From NCBI RefSeq assembly GCF_000196355.1, contig NC_007614.1, positions 1,680,001 to 1,712,000 of the forward strand: a stretch of 32,000 nt of DNA, in the 5' to 3' direction. Below are positions 9,820 to 18,620 of this stretch, in pieces; position 1 is the first letter of the stretch; each line of letters begins with the position of its first letter. This DNA is from Nitrosospira multiformis ATCC 25196. GTDB lineage: Bacteria > Pseudomonadota > Gammaproteobacteria > Burkholderiales > Nitrosomonadaceae. The notes under the pieces were generated by a model, which had not been told where the DNA came from, ran no database searches, and saw nothing but the letters and a program-made list of their open reading frames with translations. The position numbers and the translations under genes were made by a program.

Positions 9820-10080
9820 TTAATACCGTTTCAGAGGAACCGGCCCGGAATCGGGATGTTCGTTTCTCGGATCGTGGTGCGCTTCAGTTCCGGTAATTGA
9901 TTTTTTCGCTTCCTCCTGAATTTCCTGTTTCTTGGTTCCACGGTTCCCTATTTTTTCCTGAACTCTGTTTCCGTGGGTTTCTTCATCGACAGCCACACCC
10001 TCATCCGCTTCATCCGGCATTTGAGCCGTTGCTTCGTCTTCCCTCAATTCCTCATCTTTGGTTTTCCGTGGATCTTCCAT
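9820..10080 (-). CDS. small charged hypothetical protein
   Basis: 86 aa highly hydrophilic ORF (MEDPRKTKDEELREDEATAQMPDEADEGVAVDEETHGNRVQEK...) with an RBS (GCAGGAG, 5 nt spacing) before the ATG. Confidence 0.6.
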   Translation of the reverse strand: MEDPRKTKDEELREDEATAQMPDEADEGVAVDEETHGNRVQEKIGNRGTKKQEIQEEAKKSITGTEAHHDPRNEHPDSGPVPLKRY

Positions 10081-10328
10081 AATGGCTCCTGCAAGTTTTA
10101 TCGGTCAATTGCATCTACATACGTTTTATTTTCCTCTTACTGACAAATAAAATCGGTGCGATAGCGCACACCATCCACTCTACATATGGTTGTGTCTGGT
10201 AGCGCACAGAATTTTTCACAGCTCAGCCCCATCATGGCCTGGCGGTTTTCATCGCATGTCTGCATGTTTCCTCTCAAGTCTGCACTTTTTTAACGCAGCA
10301 TTCCAACACATAACTTAGGAGAAGAATT

Positions 10329-10859
10329 ATGAAGAAATCGGTCGTACTGGCAATGGCTCTGATGCTTCCTGCGTTTACCGTCAGCGTACAAGCGGCAGAT
10401 ACTCAAGGCGCTCTCACTGACGCGGAAATCGCACACATTGTGGTAACTGCGAACACCGCTGATATTGAAAACGGAAACCTGGCCAAGACAAAAGCCTCAA
10501 ATGAAGATGTCCGCGGATTTGCCCAGCGAATGATCGCCGACCACACGGACAGCAACCAGCAAGCGTCCGAGCTCGCCAAAAAACTCAATGTCACCCCTAA
10601 GGACAACGCGATCAGTCAGAGTCTGAAGGATGACGCCAAAGCGAGTCTCGAAAAGCTGAAAGGCCTGAGCGGCAAGGAATTTGACAAAGCCTACATTGAC
10701 GGTGAAATCGCGCTTCACAAAAAGGTCATCGATGTCGCTGACAACAAGCTCGTGCCCAACGTCAAGAACGAGGAACTGAAGGCATTGCTGATTCAAACAC
10801 GCCCAACCCTTGTCTCCCACCGTGAGCACGCAGAAAAAATCAAGTCCACCCTCAAGTAA
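10329..10859 (+). CDS. DUF4142 domain-containing protein
   Basis: Signal peptide plus LTDAEIAHIVVTANTADIENGNLAKTKASNEDVRGFAQRMIADHTDSNQQASELAKKLNV and FDKAYIDGEIALHKKVIDVAD, the typical DUF4142 pattern. RBS TTAGGAG. Confidence 0.94.
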   Translation: MKKSVVLAMALMLPAFTVSVQAADTQGALTDAEIAHIVVTANTADIENGNLAKTKASNEDVRGFAQRMIADHTDSNQQASELAKKLNVTPKDNAISQSLKDDAKASLEKLKGLSGKEFDKAYIDGEIALHKKVIDVADNKLVPNVKNEELKALLIQTRPTLVSHREHAEKIKSTLK

Positions 10860-10874
10860 CATGAATCCAGTCAG

Positions 10875-10898
10875 AACCTGTCGTTCTGGCAGGTTTTT
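10875..10898 (+). terminator. candidate Rho-independent terminator of the DUF4142 gene
   Basis: AACCTG-tcgttctgg-CAGGTT followed by a T run, starting about 15 bp after the stop codon. Confidence 0.55.
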
Positions 10899-11167
10899 CT
10901 GTTGAAATCCCAAGGAAGAAGCAGGATGTTGCGTCCCCGCGACGCAACATTCACTTGACAAAACCAAATCCAATACTCACGTCCTTCATCCTCACTATGC
11001 GTAAACTCAAAACCATCGTCATCGGCAGCGGCTTGGCAGGCTTTGTCCGTGGCCCTTGAAGGTGCGGTAATTGCAGGTAACAGTCAGCATATGAAGTAAT
11101 CAGCGCAGAAAAATTAGTGTAGATGAGCCTTCATCGAGATACGGAACCGATATGAAGGGAGGAATCT

Positions 11168-11310
11168 ATGGCACAGGAAAGGATACAGACGCAGCGCATA
11201 CGCGAACATATCACCGCCCTGGCTTCCGACATAGGTGAGCGTAATCTCTACCGATACGATCAACTGGAGACGGTAGTTGCGAGCTTCGTGCGTTCAGCGT
11301 GCGTTCAGCG
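11168..11310 (+). pseudogene. fragment resembling the N-terminus of an M28 family zinc peptidase
   Basis: MAQERIQTQRIREHITALASDIGERNLYRYDQLETVVASFV resembles the start of M28 peptidases (HV..LA..IGERN....L..AA.YI). Similarity stops at an 11-bp tandem duplication (GTGCGTTCAGC x2, 11288-11309), and the remaining ORF overlaps the opposite-strand gene. Confidence 0.5.
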
Positions 11311-11399
11311 AGCTAGCGCGCAGGTACTTCTGAAGGAACTCCGGAGAAAAGGCGCGTCAGCATTAGATCGCGGATCGCGCCTTGCGCACAGCGAGGAAA

Positions 11400-11741
11400 C
11401 TAATACCCCCCGCCCCCAGATTGGCCGGATGATCCCCCTCCCTGCGACCCCCCACCCTGTCCCGAGCGTTTTTCATAAGATTTATCGTGCATATCATGCT
11501 TTTTGCCATGGGGCTTGTCATACCCGGGCTGACCGGCATCCTGCCCTGAACCGGAGCCCGATTGTTGATAACCCCGTGGCTCGGGCGCGTTACTCCCTTT
11601 TCCCTGCCCGGACATATCCCCATATTCTCCGGTCTGCTCACCGGCCCCTGCTGCCTGGGCTACCCCTGCGGCGCTAAAAGCGATTGCGCCGGCCAGCACG
11701 ACAGACTGCGCTAATTTTTTCAGTATTAAAACATTTTCCAT
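11400..11741 (-). CDS. small Gly/Ser-rich secreted protein (family member 1)
   Basis: Signal peptide MENVLILKKLAQSVVLAGAIAFSAAGVAQA followed by low-complexity Gly/Ser/Gln/Lys sequence ending GGGSQGGGSSGQSGGGGY. RBS-like AAGGAA upstream. Confidence 0.75.
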   Translation of the reverse strand: MENVLILKKLAQSVVLAGAIAFSAAGVAQAAGAGEQTGEYGDMSGQGKGSNAPEPRGYQQSGSGSGQDAGQPGYDKPHGKKHDMHDKSYEKRSGQGGGSQGGGSSGQSGGGGY

Positions 11742-12768
11742 GATGGTTCCTTGAGATTAATCCAGCAAAATCGCTGAACTTAAATGCTACTCAGATCAAG
11801 AGGTCTTTCCGTACGTTTACACACAAAGGAGAAAGAATCGAAGAGTTAAAACCAAAAGAAACAAAAAAATCATTATGGAAAAATGTGAGGAGTGAACAGC
11901 ACTGCCGGCTGAAAACTGGCAAATATAGGGGGAAGGAGGTAATCACTCTGATTATTTCTCTTCCAAATCAAATTCGTAGGTATCACCATGCTCCAGATAA
12001 ATAATCTTGTCCTGTAACCCCGCCCGCTCCATTTCCTTCTTGAAATCGCTCAAAGGTGACTTGAAGACATCATAATCGTTGTAATGGATGGGAATAGCCT
12101 TTCTGGGAACGATGAGCTGCATCATTTTGACCCCCTCTTTTGCATCCATGGTCACGGTCACAAGCCCTAGCAGGCGCGTGCCGCCCAGATGCAGCAGGGC
12201 GAGGTCAACATCGGGATAGCGCCTTGGGATCTCCTTGATGTCGTCAAAAACCATCGTGTCACCGCTGATGTACATCCTGTAGCTGCGCGGTGAATTCTTG
12301 ATTCCGAAATCCAGCAACGAACCCATTACTTCGGGCAGCAATTCAGCAACAATGGGGGGTCCGTGGCGCCCCGGCATGGCAGTTACCCGAAGTAAAGTGT
12401 TGCCTCTCTCGACAATGAGCGTATCCCAGGTTTTGAGCGGATGACGCTTCATGAATCCCAGCTCCTTCAAGGACTTCCCAGCTTCTTCCGTTGTCACAAT
12501 GGGGATATTCCGATCAAGATTTTTCTGAACAAACTTGTCGAAATGATCCTCATGCATATGTGAGAGTACAACCAGATCGATTGGCGGCAGGTTTCCAAGT
12601 TCAATAGCGGGATTGGTAAGCCGTTCAGAGGTAAGTCCATATCCGAGATGGACGTGGTCCCCTCGATGCAGAAAATTCGGATCGGTAAGAATTGTCAGAT
12701 TGATGTGCTCCCCATAAAACGTGCCATCTGGAATCTAGTAAAGTTCGTTTTTCGAGAGGAGAACGGAC

Positions 12769-13032
12769 GTGAAGAAGCGATTTACGGATGAACAAATTAT
12801 TGGATTTCTGAAGCAGGCAGATGGAGGCATTCCGGTCAGGGAATTGTGCCGCCAGCATGGTTTTTCCGATGCGTCGTTTTACACCTGGCGTGCCAGGTTT
12901 GGTGGGATGACAGTATCGGATGCCAGGCGGTTGCGAGATCTTGAAGCAGAGAATGCTCAGCTCAAGAAGCTTTTAGCCGAGTCGCTTCTTGATGCTCAAG
13001 CCTTGAAGGTTGCTTTGGGCCGAAAGCATTAA
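12769..13032 (+). CDS. IS3-family transposase OrfA
   Basis: MKKRFTDEQIIGFLKQADGGIPVRELCRQHGFSDASFYTWRARFGGMTVSDARRLRDLEAENAQLKKLLAESLLDAQALK: HTH plus leucine zipper. GTG start. Confidence 0.95.
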   Translation: MKKRFTDEQIIGFLKQADGGIPVRELCRQHGFSDASFYTWRARFGGMTVSDARRLRDLEAENAQLKKLLAESLLDAQALKVALGRKH

Positions 13033-13058
13033 CTCCACAGGCCAGGCGTGAGGCAGTA

Positions 13059-13889
13059 ATGGCGATGCTTGAGCAGACGAACGTTTCCGAACGCCGTGCC
13101 TGCCTGCTTGTGGATATATCACGTACGGTATTGCACTACATGTCCAAGGTGCGGCTGGAGAATGAGCAACTGCAAGGTCGAATGGTTGAGTTGGCCTCTG
13201 AACGCCGTCGTTTTGGTTATCGACGCATTCATGCCCTGCTGCGGCGTGAGGGTGTTGAAGCCAATCACAAACGCATCTTTCGCCTTTACCAGGCTGCCGG
13301 GTTGGCAGTAAAGCGCCGACGCAGGCGAGGGGGCGTAGCAGTTGAACGTGAGCAATTGGCATTGCCAAGCCAGCCCAACGAGGTATGGTCAATGGATTTC
13401 ATCTGTGATGCACTGGCGAATGGCAGACGCATCAAGGTATTGACCATCGTTGATGACTTCACCAAGGAATCCATTGATCTGGTAGCTGAACATGGCATTT
13501 CGGGACAACATGTCGTGCGCGTATTGGAGCAAGCTTCACAGTTTCGTGGGTTGCCCTTGGCCATTCGCACCGATCAGGGACCGGAGTTCACCAGCAAGGC
13601 ACTGGATCAGTGGGCTTATAAGCATGGTGTCCAGCTCAAATTGATTGAGGCGGGCAAGCCGACGCAAAATGCATATATTGAGAGCTTCAACGGTCGGTTT
13701 CGGGATGAGTGCCTGAACGATCACTGGTTTACCAGCCTGGCTGAGGCACGGATTCGGATATCAGCCTGGCGGCGCGACTACAACGAGCATCGACCGCACA
13801 GTGCACTAAATTACCTAACCCCGGCAGAATTTGCAGCCAACTGCCGCAGGCAAGAAGAAATAAACGGCTGTGAAAGAAATGGAAGCTAA
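13059..13889 (+). CDS. IS3-family transposase OrfB (DDE integrase core)
   Basis: Contains ERRRFGYRRIHALLRREG, PNEVWSMDFICDAL, AIRTDQGPEFTSKALDQWAYKHG and YIESFNGRFRDECLNDHWF (DDE motif). The frame is open upstream and lies -1 relative to orfA, allowing a fused OrfAB. Confidence 0.96.
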   Translation: MAMLEQTNVSERRACLLVDISRTVLHYMSKVRLENEQLQGRMVELASERRRFGYRRIHALLRREGVEANHKRIFRLYQAAGLAVKRRRRRGGVAVEREQLALPSQPNEVWSMDFICDALANGRRIKVLTIVDDFTKESIDLVAEHGISGQHVVRVLEQASQFRGLPLAIRTDQGPEFTSKALDQWAYKHGVQLKLIEAGKPTQNAYIESFNGRFRDECLNDHWFTSLAEARIRISAWRRDYNEHRPHSALNYLTPAEFAANCRRQEEINGCERNGS

Positions 13890-14315
13890 TTTATAACTGA
13901 ACTTTGCTAGAACGCCCCTGGCACTACTACCGGGGGCACATCAAGATCGCCATAACGAATAATGACCGTTGCGGTACCCAAAAAAGTAATTGAACCGGTT
14001 GCAGGCCTATCCGCGTCCTCCTGACCTGATGGAAGTTGCAGCAAATATGAAGTTGGCATTCTCATTGTTGAGAGTCTTCCCTTGCTGGAGTGGGTCACGG
14101 AAGAGTTGACGTTAGGAGCGTCGCAAAAGGGGCGTGACTCGTGGAGGATTGGTGCAGCGGAGGGTTTCCGTACCTCCGGGTGGTGCTCGAGGACAGCATT
14201 AGTACAAACACGCTCCCGGGATTAAAATGAAGCACTGAGGAAGCTTCCCCTGGCCAAAGCAGGGAAAGGCTAACCTCCAGGTGGGCGTGGACTCAAGCAT
14301 TGAACGCGAATCTGC

Positions 14316-14813
14316 TTACTTGGCAATACCTTTGCTGCTTCCATCCGCGGGGGCGCTTGCGTCAAGCTTTGACTTGTCGCTCTTTCCGGTACCGCCACTG
14401 CCTACGCTTTCTCCGGCATGGCCTGCTTTTGTATCGGTGCTCCCGCCCAGAACGCTACGGGCACCCTTGCCTCCTTTATTTTCCCTCACATTGCTGAACC
14501 CCTTATCCCCCGTTGATCCACCCGATGCACTTCCCGCCGGTGACTTTGAACCATCGGAACCACCCCCTCCGCTTCCCGAACTGCCAGGCTCGTCGCTGCC
14601 CAAGGTGTCTTTCGTGCCCCTTGTTGGGTTGTCTTTCTTGTTGTAACTACCCTCGCCCTTCTTGCCTGCATTATCCTGCCCGACGGATGCTCCGCCTGTC
14701 GCGCCGATTGACATTGAGCTGCTTTGAGCACACAGACCTCCTGTAAATCCAAGCGCCAGCAGTGCCACCGCCGTAATGCAGTTTTTCTTGTTCACAATTG
14801 ATGAGCGCATCAT
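14316..14813 (-). CDS. Gly/Ser-rich secreted protein (family member 2)
   Basis: Signal peptide MMRSSIVNKKNCITAVALLALGFTGGLCAQ, then SSSMSIGATGGASVGQDNAGKKGEGSYNKKDNPTRGTKDTLGSDEPGSSGSGGGGSDG... Confidence 0.7.
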   Translation of the reverse strand: MMRSSIVNKKNCITAVALLALGFTGGLCAQSSSMSIGATGGASVGQDNAGKKGEGSYNKKDNPTRGTKDTLGSDEPGSSGSGGGGSDGSKSPAGSASGGSTGDKGFSNVRENKGGKGARSVLGGSTDTKAGHAGESVGSGGTGKSDKSKLDASAPADGSSKGIAK

Positions 14814-15274
14814 TTTTCTCTCCTTGAATACGTATTGAATTTAAAGACAGGGGATAGTATTTCCTTGAACTCTTGTTCCTCATTAGGCTTGAATTTGAAT
14901 TCCCGGATTTCCTCATCCCCTACAACAGTTTTCATACTGTTCACATTTTCAATCGAACCTTCCCGATTCCATCTCAAGCAATGACTCCTCTCTCCATATT
15001 GCGGGAGAATCACTGCATCATAAAGTGACAAGATGACTCATTCTGTGCGGGAACATACATAGCTCGTCATCGGTTTGCCATTCCTCGTTGCTGCTCGCTT
15101 GCTTCCATTTCTATTTCTGCGGATCACGAGAACGGGAGGAAGCAGGAAAAAGGACAGTGTGGGTTGCCGTACAGAACTCTGCAATCCTTACGACTATCTT
15201 TCGTTCATGCTTGTGTGTTCATGACTGGACATAAACAGCAAACCGCTCAATCCTGCATTCCATTGGAGATCATC

Positions 15275-15781
15275 ATGCCAACTACGCAGACCACTTCACA
15301 TAAAACCACGGAACACAAAACCACGAGAAGACCCAAACATGACGCAATAAAACTGCTGACTGACGACCACAACAAAGTCAAGAAGATGTTCAAGGAGTTC
15401 GAAAAACTGCACAAAAAGCAGGAGGAAGGCAAGGAAGAACTTGTGCAGCAGATCTGCAAGGAGCTCACGATCCATGCGCAGCTGGAGGAGGAAATATTCT
15501 ATCCTGCCGCGCGTGACGCAATTGATGATGATGATTTGATGAACGAAGCAGCTGTGGAGCATCAGGCCGCCAAGGATCTCATCGAAAAAATTCAATCAAC
15601 GAGCAGTTCGGACCCAATGTATGACGCCATGGTAAGCGTCCTTGGAGAATACGTTAATCACCATATAGAGGAAGAACAGAACGAGATATTCCCGAAGGTG
15701 GAAAAGGCAAAAATGGATCTTGAAGAACTCGGGTCTGAAATAGAAGAGCGCAAAGAAGCTCTCATGGAGGAGCAGGAATAG
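15275..15781 (+). CDS. hemerythrin domain-containing protein
   Basis: KHDAIKLLTDDHNKVKKMFKEFEKLHKKQ...ICKELTIHAQLEEEIFYPAAR...EAAVEHQAAKDLIEKI...VLGEYVNHHIEEEQNEIFPKVEKAKMD carries hemerythrin-type His/Glu ligands. The listed ORF starts at 15164, but ATG at 15275 has a GGAG RBS and the first 37 residues look unrelated. Confidence 0.93.
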   Translation: MPTTQTTSHKTTEHKTTRRPKHDAIKLLTDDHNKVKKMFKEFEKLHKKQEEGKEELVQQICKELTIHAQLEEEIFYPAARDAIDDDDLMNEAAVEHQAAKDLIEKIQSTSSSDPMYDAMVSVLGEYVNHHIEEEQNEIFPKVEKAKMDLEELGSEIEERKEALMEEQE

Positions 15782-15898
15782 CTGAAGTGAAGAAGAGTTA
15801 CAAGCTGGTTCGTTCTCTGATCCCTGGGCGGTTTGCCCGTTCGAAGCTGAGCCATCGCCCGGGGAAGGACCAACGCTTTCGTTCTTGATAAGAAAGAA

Positions 15899-15923
15899 AT
15901 GCCAGGATATTCAGTCCTGGCAT
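15899..15923 (-). terminator. hairpin, candidate terminator for the minus-strand ABC transporter or bidirectional
   Basis: ATGCCAGGA-tattcag-TCCTGGCAT, a perfect 9-bp stem. On the minus strand it is followed by TTCTTTCTT. Confidence 0.5.
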
Positions 15924-16078
15924 CATCTCGGTGTTACCCTTCTTTCTCTCGTTCAACCTTCGGGACCCCCTTTATTCAGGGCCCCGAAGGAGAAGAGCAT
16001 ATCTACGGTCGCCGCACGTTCGTGACAAGAAAAAGTGGATACCAGCGTAAGCCTTTCACCGATACCACCCCCTTTAAA

Positions 16079-17908
16079 TCAAAGAAAACCTCCCGACTGA
16101 TGCCGCCACAGCATGGCATACTGCCCCCCCTGCCTGAGAAGTTCCTCATGCGTGCCCTCCTCTACGATACATCCATCCTTGAGTACCAGCAATCGGTCCA
16201 GGCAAGCAATGGTAGATAAGCGATGCGCAATCGCAATCACTGTCTTGCCTTCCATCAGCCCCATCAACTGATCCTGGATCGCAAGCTCCACTTCACTATC
16301 GAGGGCCGAAGTGGCTTCATCCAGTATCAGGATCGGCGCATCCTTGAGCATGACGCGGGCGATGGCAATGCGCTGTTTCTGTCCGCCGCTGAGCTTGACG
16401 CCGCGCTCCCCTACGTGCGCATCGTAACCCGTGCGCCCCAGCCAATCCCTCTGGCTCATGATGAAGTCGTGCGCTTGGGCGCGCATCGCGGCTGCCTCGA
16501 TCTGTTCCCGGGTTGCTCCGGGACTGCCATAGGCAATGTTTTCGGCAATGGAGCGATTCAGCAGGGACACATCCTGGGCTACGACGCCGATGCAACGGCG
16601 CAGGCTCTCCTGCGTCACTTCGCGGATATCCTGTCCATCGATCCGGATACTGCCTGACTCCATCTCGTAGAAGCGCAGCAACAGATTGATCAACGTGGAT
16701 TTACCAGCGCCTGAGCTGCCCACGAGCCCCACGCGCTCACCCGGCCGAATGACACAATTGAGACTGTCCAGCACCTTGCGGCCGTCGCTGCGGCCGAATG
16801 TGAAGGTCAATCTCTCGAAACGGATTTCTCCACGTACTTCGCCGGCATCCAGCTCGTGCGCGCCGGGCTTGTCAGCCAGAGCGTTGGTCACGGCAACGGT
16901 TTGCATGCCCTCCTGCACCACGCCCATGTGTTCAAAAGCCCGATTCAGTTCCCAGCTGACCCATCCTGCCGCATTGGCGATCGTCCAGGCCAGTGGCACA
17001 GCCATAGCGACTACGCCCGCATCAATTCTTCCCTGAGCCCACAACATGATGCCGATCGCGGTCGTGCCCGCCAGCAAAAACGCATTGAGCAAGGATAATG
17101 TGGTGGAGAATTTTGTGATCATGCGCATATGAGCGGCAATGGCGATCGTATGATGTTCGATTGCTTCGCGCACGTAAGCGTCTTCGTCGCTCGCGCGCGA
17201 GAACAGCTTAACGGTAAGGATGTTGCTATAGCTGTCCACAACACGTCCCATCACCGCGGAGCGCCGCTCGCTGCTGCTTCTCGCCAGGTCACGCATGCGC
17301 GGCACAAAGTATCGCAGGAAAAAAACATACCCGATAAACCATAACACCGTAGGGATCGCCAACCGCCAGTCAGCCTCGCTCATTAGCCACAGCGAAGAAA
17401 CGCCATACACCCCGATGTACCAGATGGCATGGATGCTCGACACTACGCATTCGCGCACCGCATCCCCCATGTGCATCACGCGGTTTGCCATTCGTCCGGC
17501 AAAATCGTTCTGAAAGAGGGACCAACTCTGCCGGATGACGTGCCAGTGGCTCTGCCACCGGATCATGCTGGTTACCCCAGGTACTACGGCATTGTGACGC
17601 ACAAGGCTATCGATCAGAATCGCGAGCGGCCGGGCGATCAGCACCAGCAGGGCCATGCCGAATAGCATTGAAGTTGCATCGCGCAACGCGGCAACTCTCG
17701 CGGTCGCCTCCATCACCTCTACAAGGCGCCCAATGAAAACGGGAATTAGCGTGTCGATGAGAGCGACGGCTAACCCCGTAGCAAACAATGCCCCATATAA
17801 ACCTTTTGTCTGGCTGATAAAGTGCCAATAGAACGCCAGCAACTCCGGGGGCGGGGATTTTTTAGGGACGACAGTGGGCCGAACGCGTTGCTCAAAAAAA
17901 GCGAACAT
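16079..17908 (-). CDS. ABC transporter ATP-binding protein/permease (exporter type)
   Basis: N-terminal transmembrane domain plus NBD with Walker A GLVGSSGAGKST, signature LSGGQKQR, Walker B PILILDEATSALD and H-loop AIAHRLST. Confidence 0.96.
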   Translation of the reverse strand: MFAFFEQRVRPTVVPKKSPPPELLAFYWHFISQTKGLYGALFATGLAVALIDTLIPVFIGRLVEVMEATARVAALRDATSMLFGMALLVLIARPLAILIDSLVRHNAVVPGVTSMIRWQSHWHVIRQSWSLFQNDFAGRMANRVMHMGDAVRECVVSSIHAIWYIGVYGVSSLWLMSEADWRLAIPTVLWFIGYVFFLRYFVPRMRDLARSSSERRSAVMGRVVDSYSNILTVKLFSRASDEDAYVREAIEHHTIAIAAHMRMITKFSTTLSLLNAFLLAGTTAIGIMLWAQGRIDAGVVAMAVPLAWTIANAAGWVSWELNRAFEHMGVVQEGMQTVAVTNALADKPGAHELDAGEVRGEIRFERLTFTFGRSDGRKVLDSLNCVIRPGERVGLVGSSGAGKSTLINLLLRFYEMESGSIRIDGQDIREVTQESLRRCIGVVAQDVSLLNRSIAENIAYGSPGATREQIEAAAMRAQAHDFIMSQRDWLGRTGYDAHVGERGVKLSGGQKQRIAIARVMLKDAPILILDEATSALDSEVELAIQDQLMGLMEGKTVIAIAHRLSTIACLDRLLVLKDGCIVEEGTHEELLRQGGQYAMLWRHQSGGFL

Positions 17909-18339
17909 GTAAAAAGAACCTCAGGGTTAAAAAAATACGGGAGTCTGTCTGGAAATGGGAGTGAAAAATGGGAATCAATTTTGCCTCGCTGCAAACCAGA
18001 GGCATGAAGCTGGTCTTAATCGACATATCCATCGCAGGAAAAATTCAGGGAAGCCTTTCTTTATCGGGTTTGTAACGGCGAGCAAGATAATCCAAGGGAT
18101 GATCTCTCGGTGGATCGAATTCAGGCATGTTTTGACTCCTGTTTCAGCAATAGCCCGTGGGTTCGAAAACGTTTATACATCCGGATACAGCCGGACTGAT
18201 GCAGCCGCTATAACGCTGGATCACGCTCGAGGTTTACTCGGAAAAGGCCTTTTTGAACGAACTGGAGGGAGCGACTGAGGAAAATTGCCGGTATTCAGGA
18301 AGAATGACGGTTCAGTGGAGAATGAAGGAGTTGGAGAAA

Positions 18340-18460
18340 CCGGTTATCTCCTCTCTTGCATGAGGGGATTTGGGAAGGGCATTTATCTCTTCTCCTGCAT
18401 GGAAAGAAGTCCTGGGAAGCATTACATTATTTAGTCCCTTTCCCGCTTGTGGGAAAGGGA
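18340..18460. repeat. cluster of REP-like palindromic units
   Basis: Perfect palindrome CCCTTTCCC-gcttgt-GGGAAAGGG (18436-18459), preceded by two degenerate units of similar shape (TCTCCTCTCTTGCATGAGGGGA and TCTTCTCCTGCATGGAAAGAAG) in a non-coding stretch. Confidence 0.5.
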
Positions 18461-18620
18461 AATGGATACTGGGACACGCACCATCACGTTTGTCCTGTAG
18501 CCATCAAAACGGTTGGTGATTACTGCTTGCAACCGATGGTCAATCCCTGATTGATTTTTCGTTTAAGAAAAAGAGCTAGCCAGGAACCAAAATCCAACAG
18601 ATGGGCAGCAACTACTACAA

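Larger units (their letters stand above)
12701..13943 (+). mobile_element. IS3-family insertion sequence (IS407-group-like), complete, 1243 bp
   Basis: Left end TGATGTGCTCCCCATAAAACGTGCCATCTGGAATCTAGTAAAGTTC. Reverse-complemented right end TGATGTGCCCCCGGTAGTAGTGCCAGGGGCGTTCTAGCAAAGTTCA. Flanked by the 4-bp direct repeat AGAT (12697-12700 and 13944-13947). Contains orfA and orfB. Confidence 0.95.
11952..14098 (-). pseudogene. MBL-fold metallo-hydrolase gene interrupted by an IS3-family element
   Basis: The 5' part (13944..14098) encodes ...GSITFLGTATVIIRYGDL. The 3' part (11952..12700) encodes LTILTDPNFLHRGDHVHLGYGLTSERLTNPAIELGNLPPIDLVVLSHMHEDHFDKF...SGDT...IPIHYNDYDVFKSPL. Removing 12701..13943 plus one AGAT copy rejoins the frame as RYGDLTILTDPNF. 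Start uncertain: GTG at 14098 or ATG near 14065. Confidence 0.9.

Noticed and set aside
12625-12858. 77-aa minus-strand ORF spanning the left IS boundary
   Set aside because: It crosses the hydrolase/IS junction in the wrong frame for the hydrolase and is an artefact of the insertion.
13119-13724. Minus-strand ORFs inside the IS element
   Set aside because: Antisense to the transposase orfB.
16223-16657. 144-aa plus-strand ORF opposite the ABC transporter nucleotide-binding domain
   Set aside because: It lies fully antisense to the conserved NBD, with no RBS or domain signal. It is a typical shadow ORF.
17955-18278. 107-aa plus-strand ORF (MGVKNGNQFCLAANQRHEAG...) in an otherwise empty region
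   Set aside because: No recognisable domain or strong RBS seen, and the composition is not convincing. It could be real but I cannot support it.
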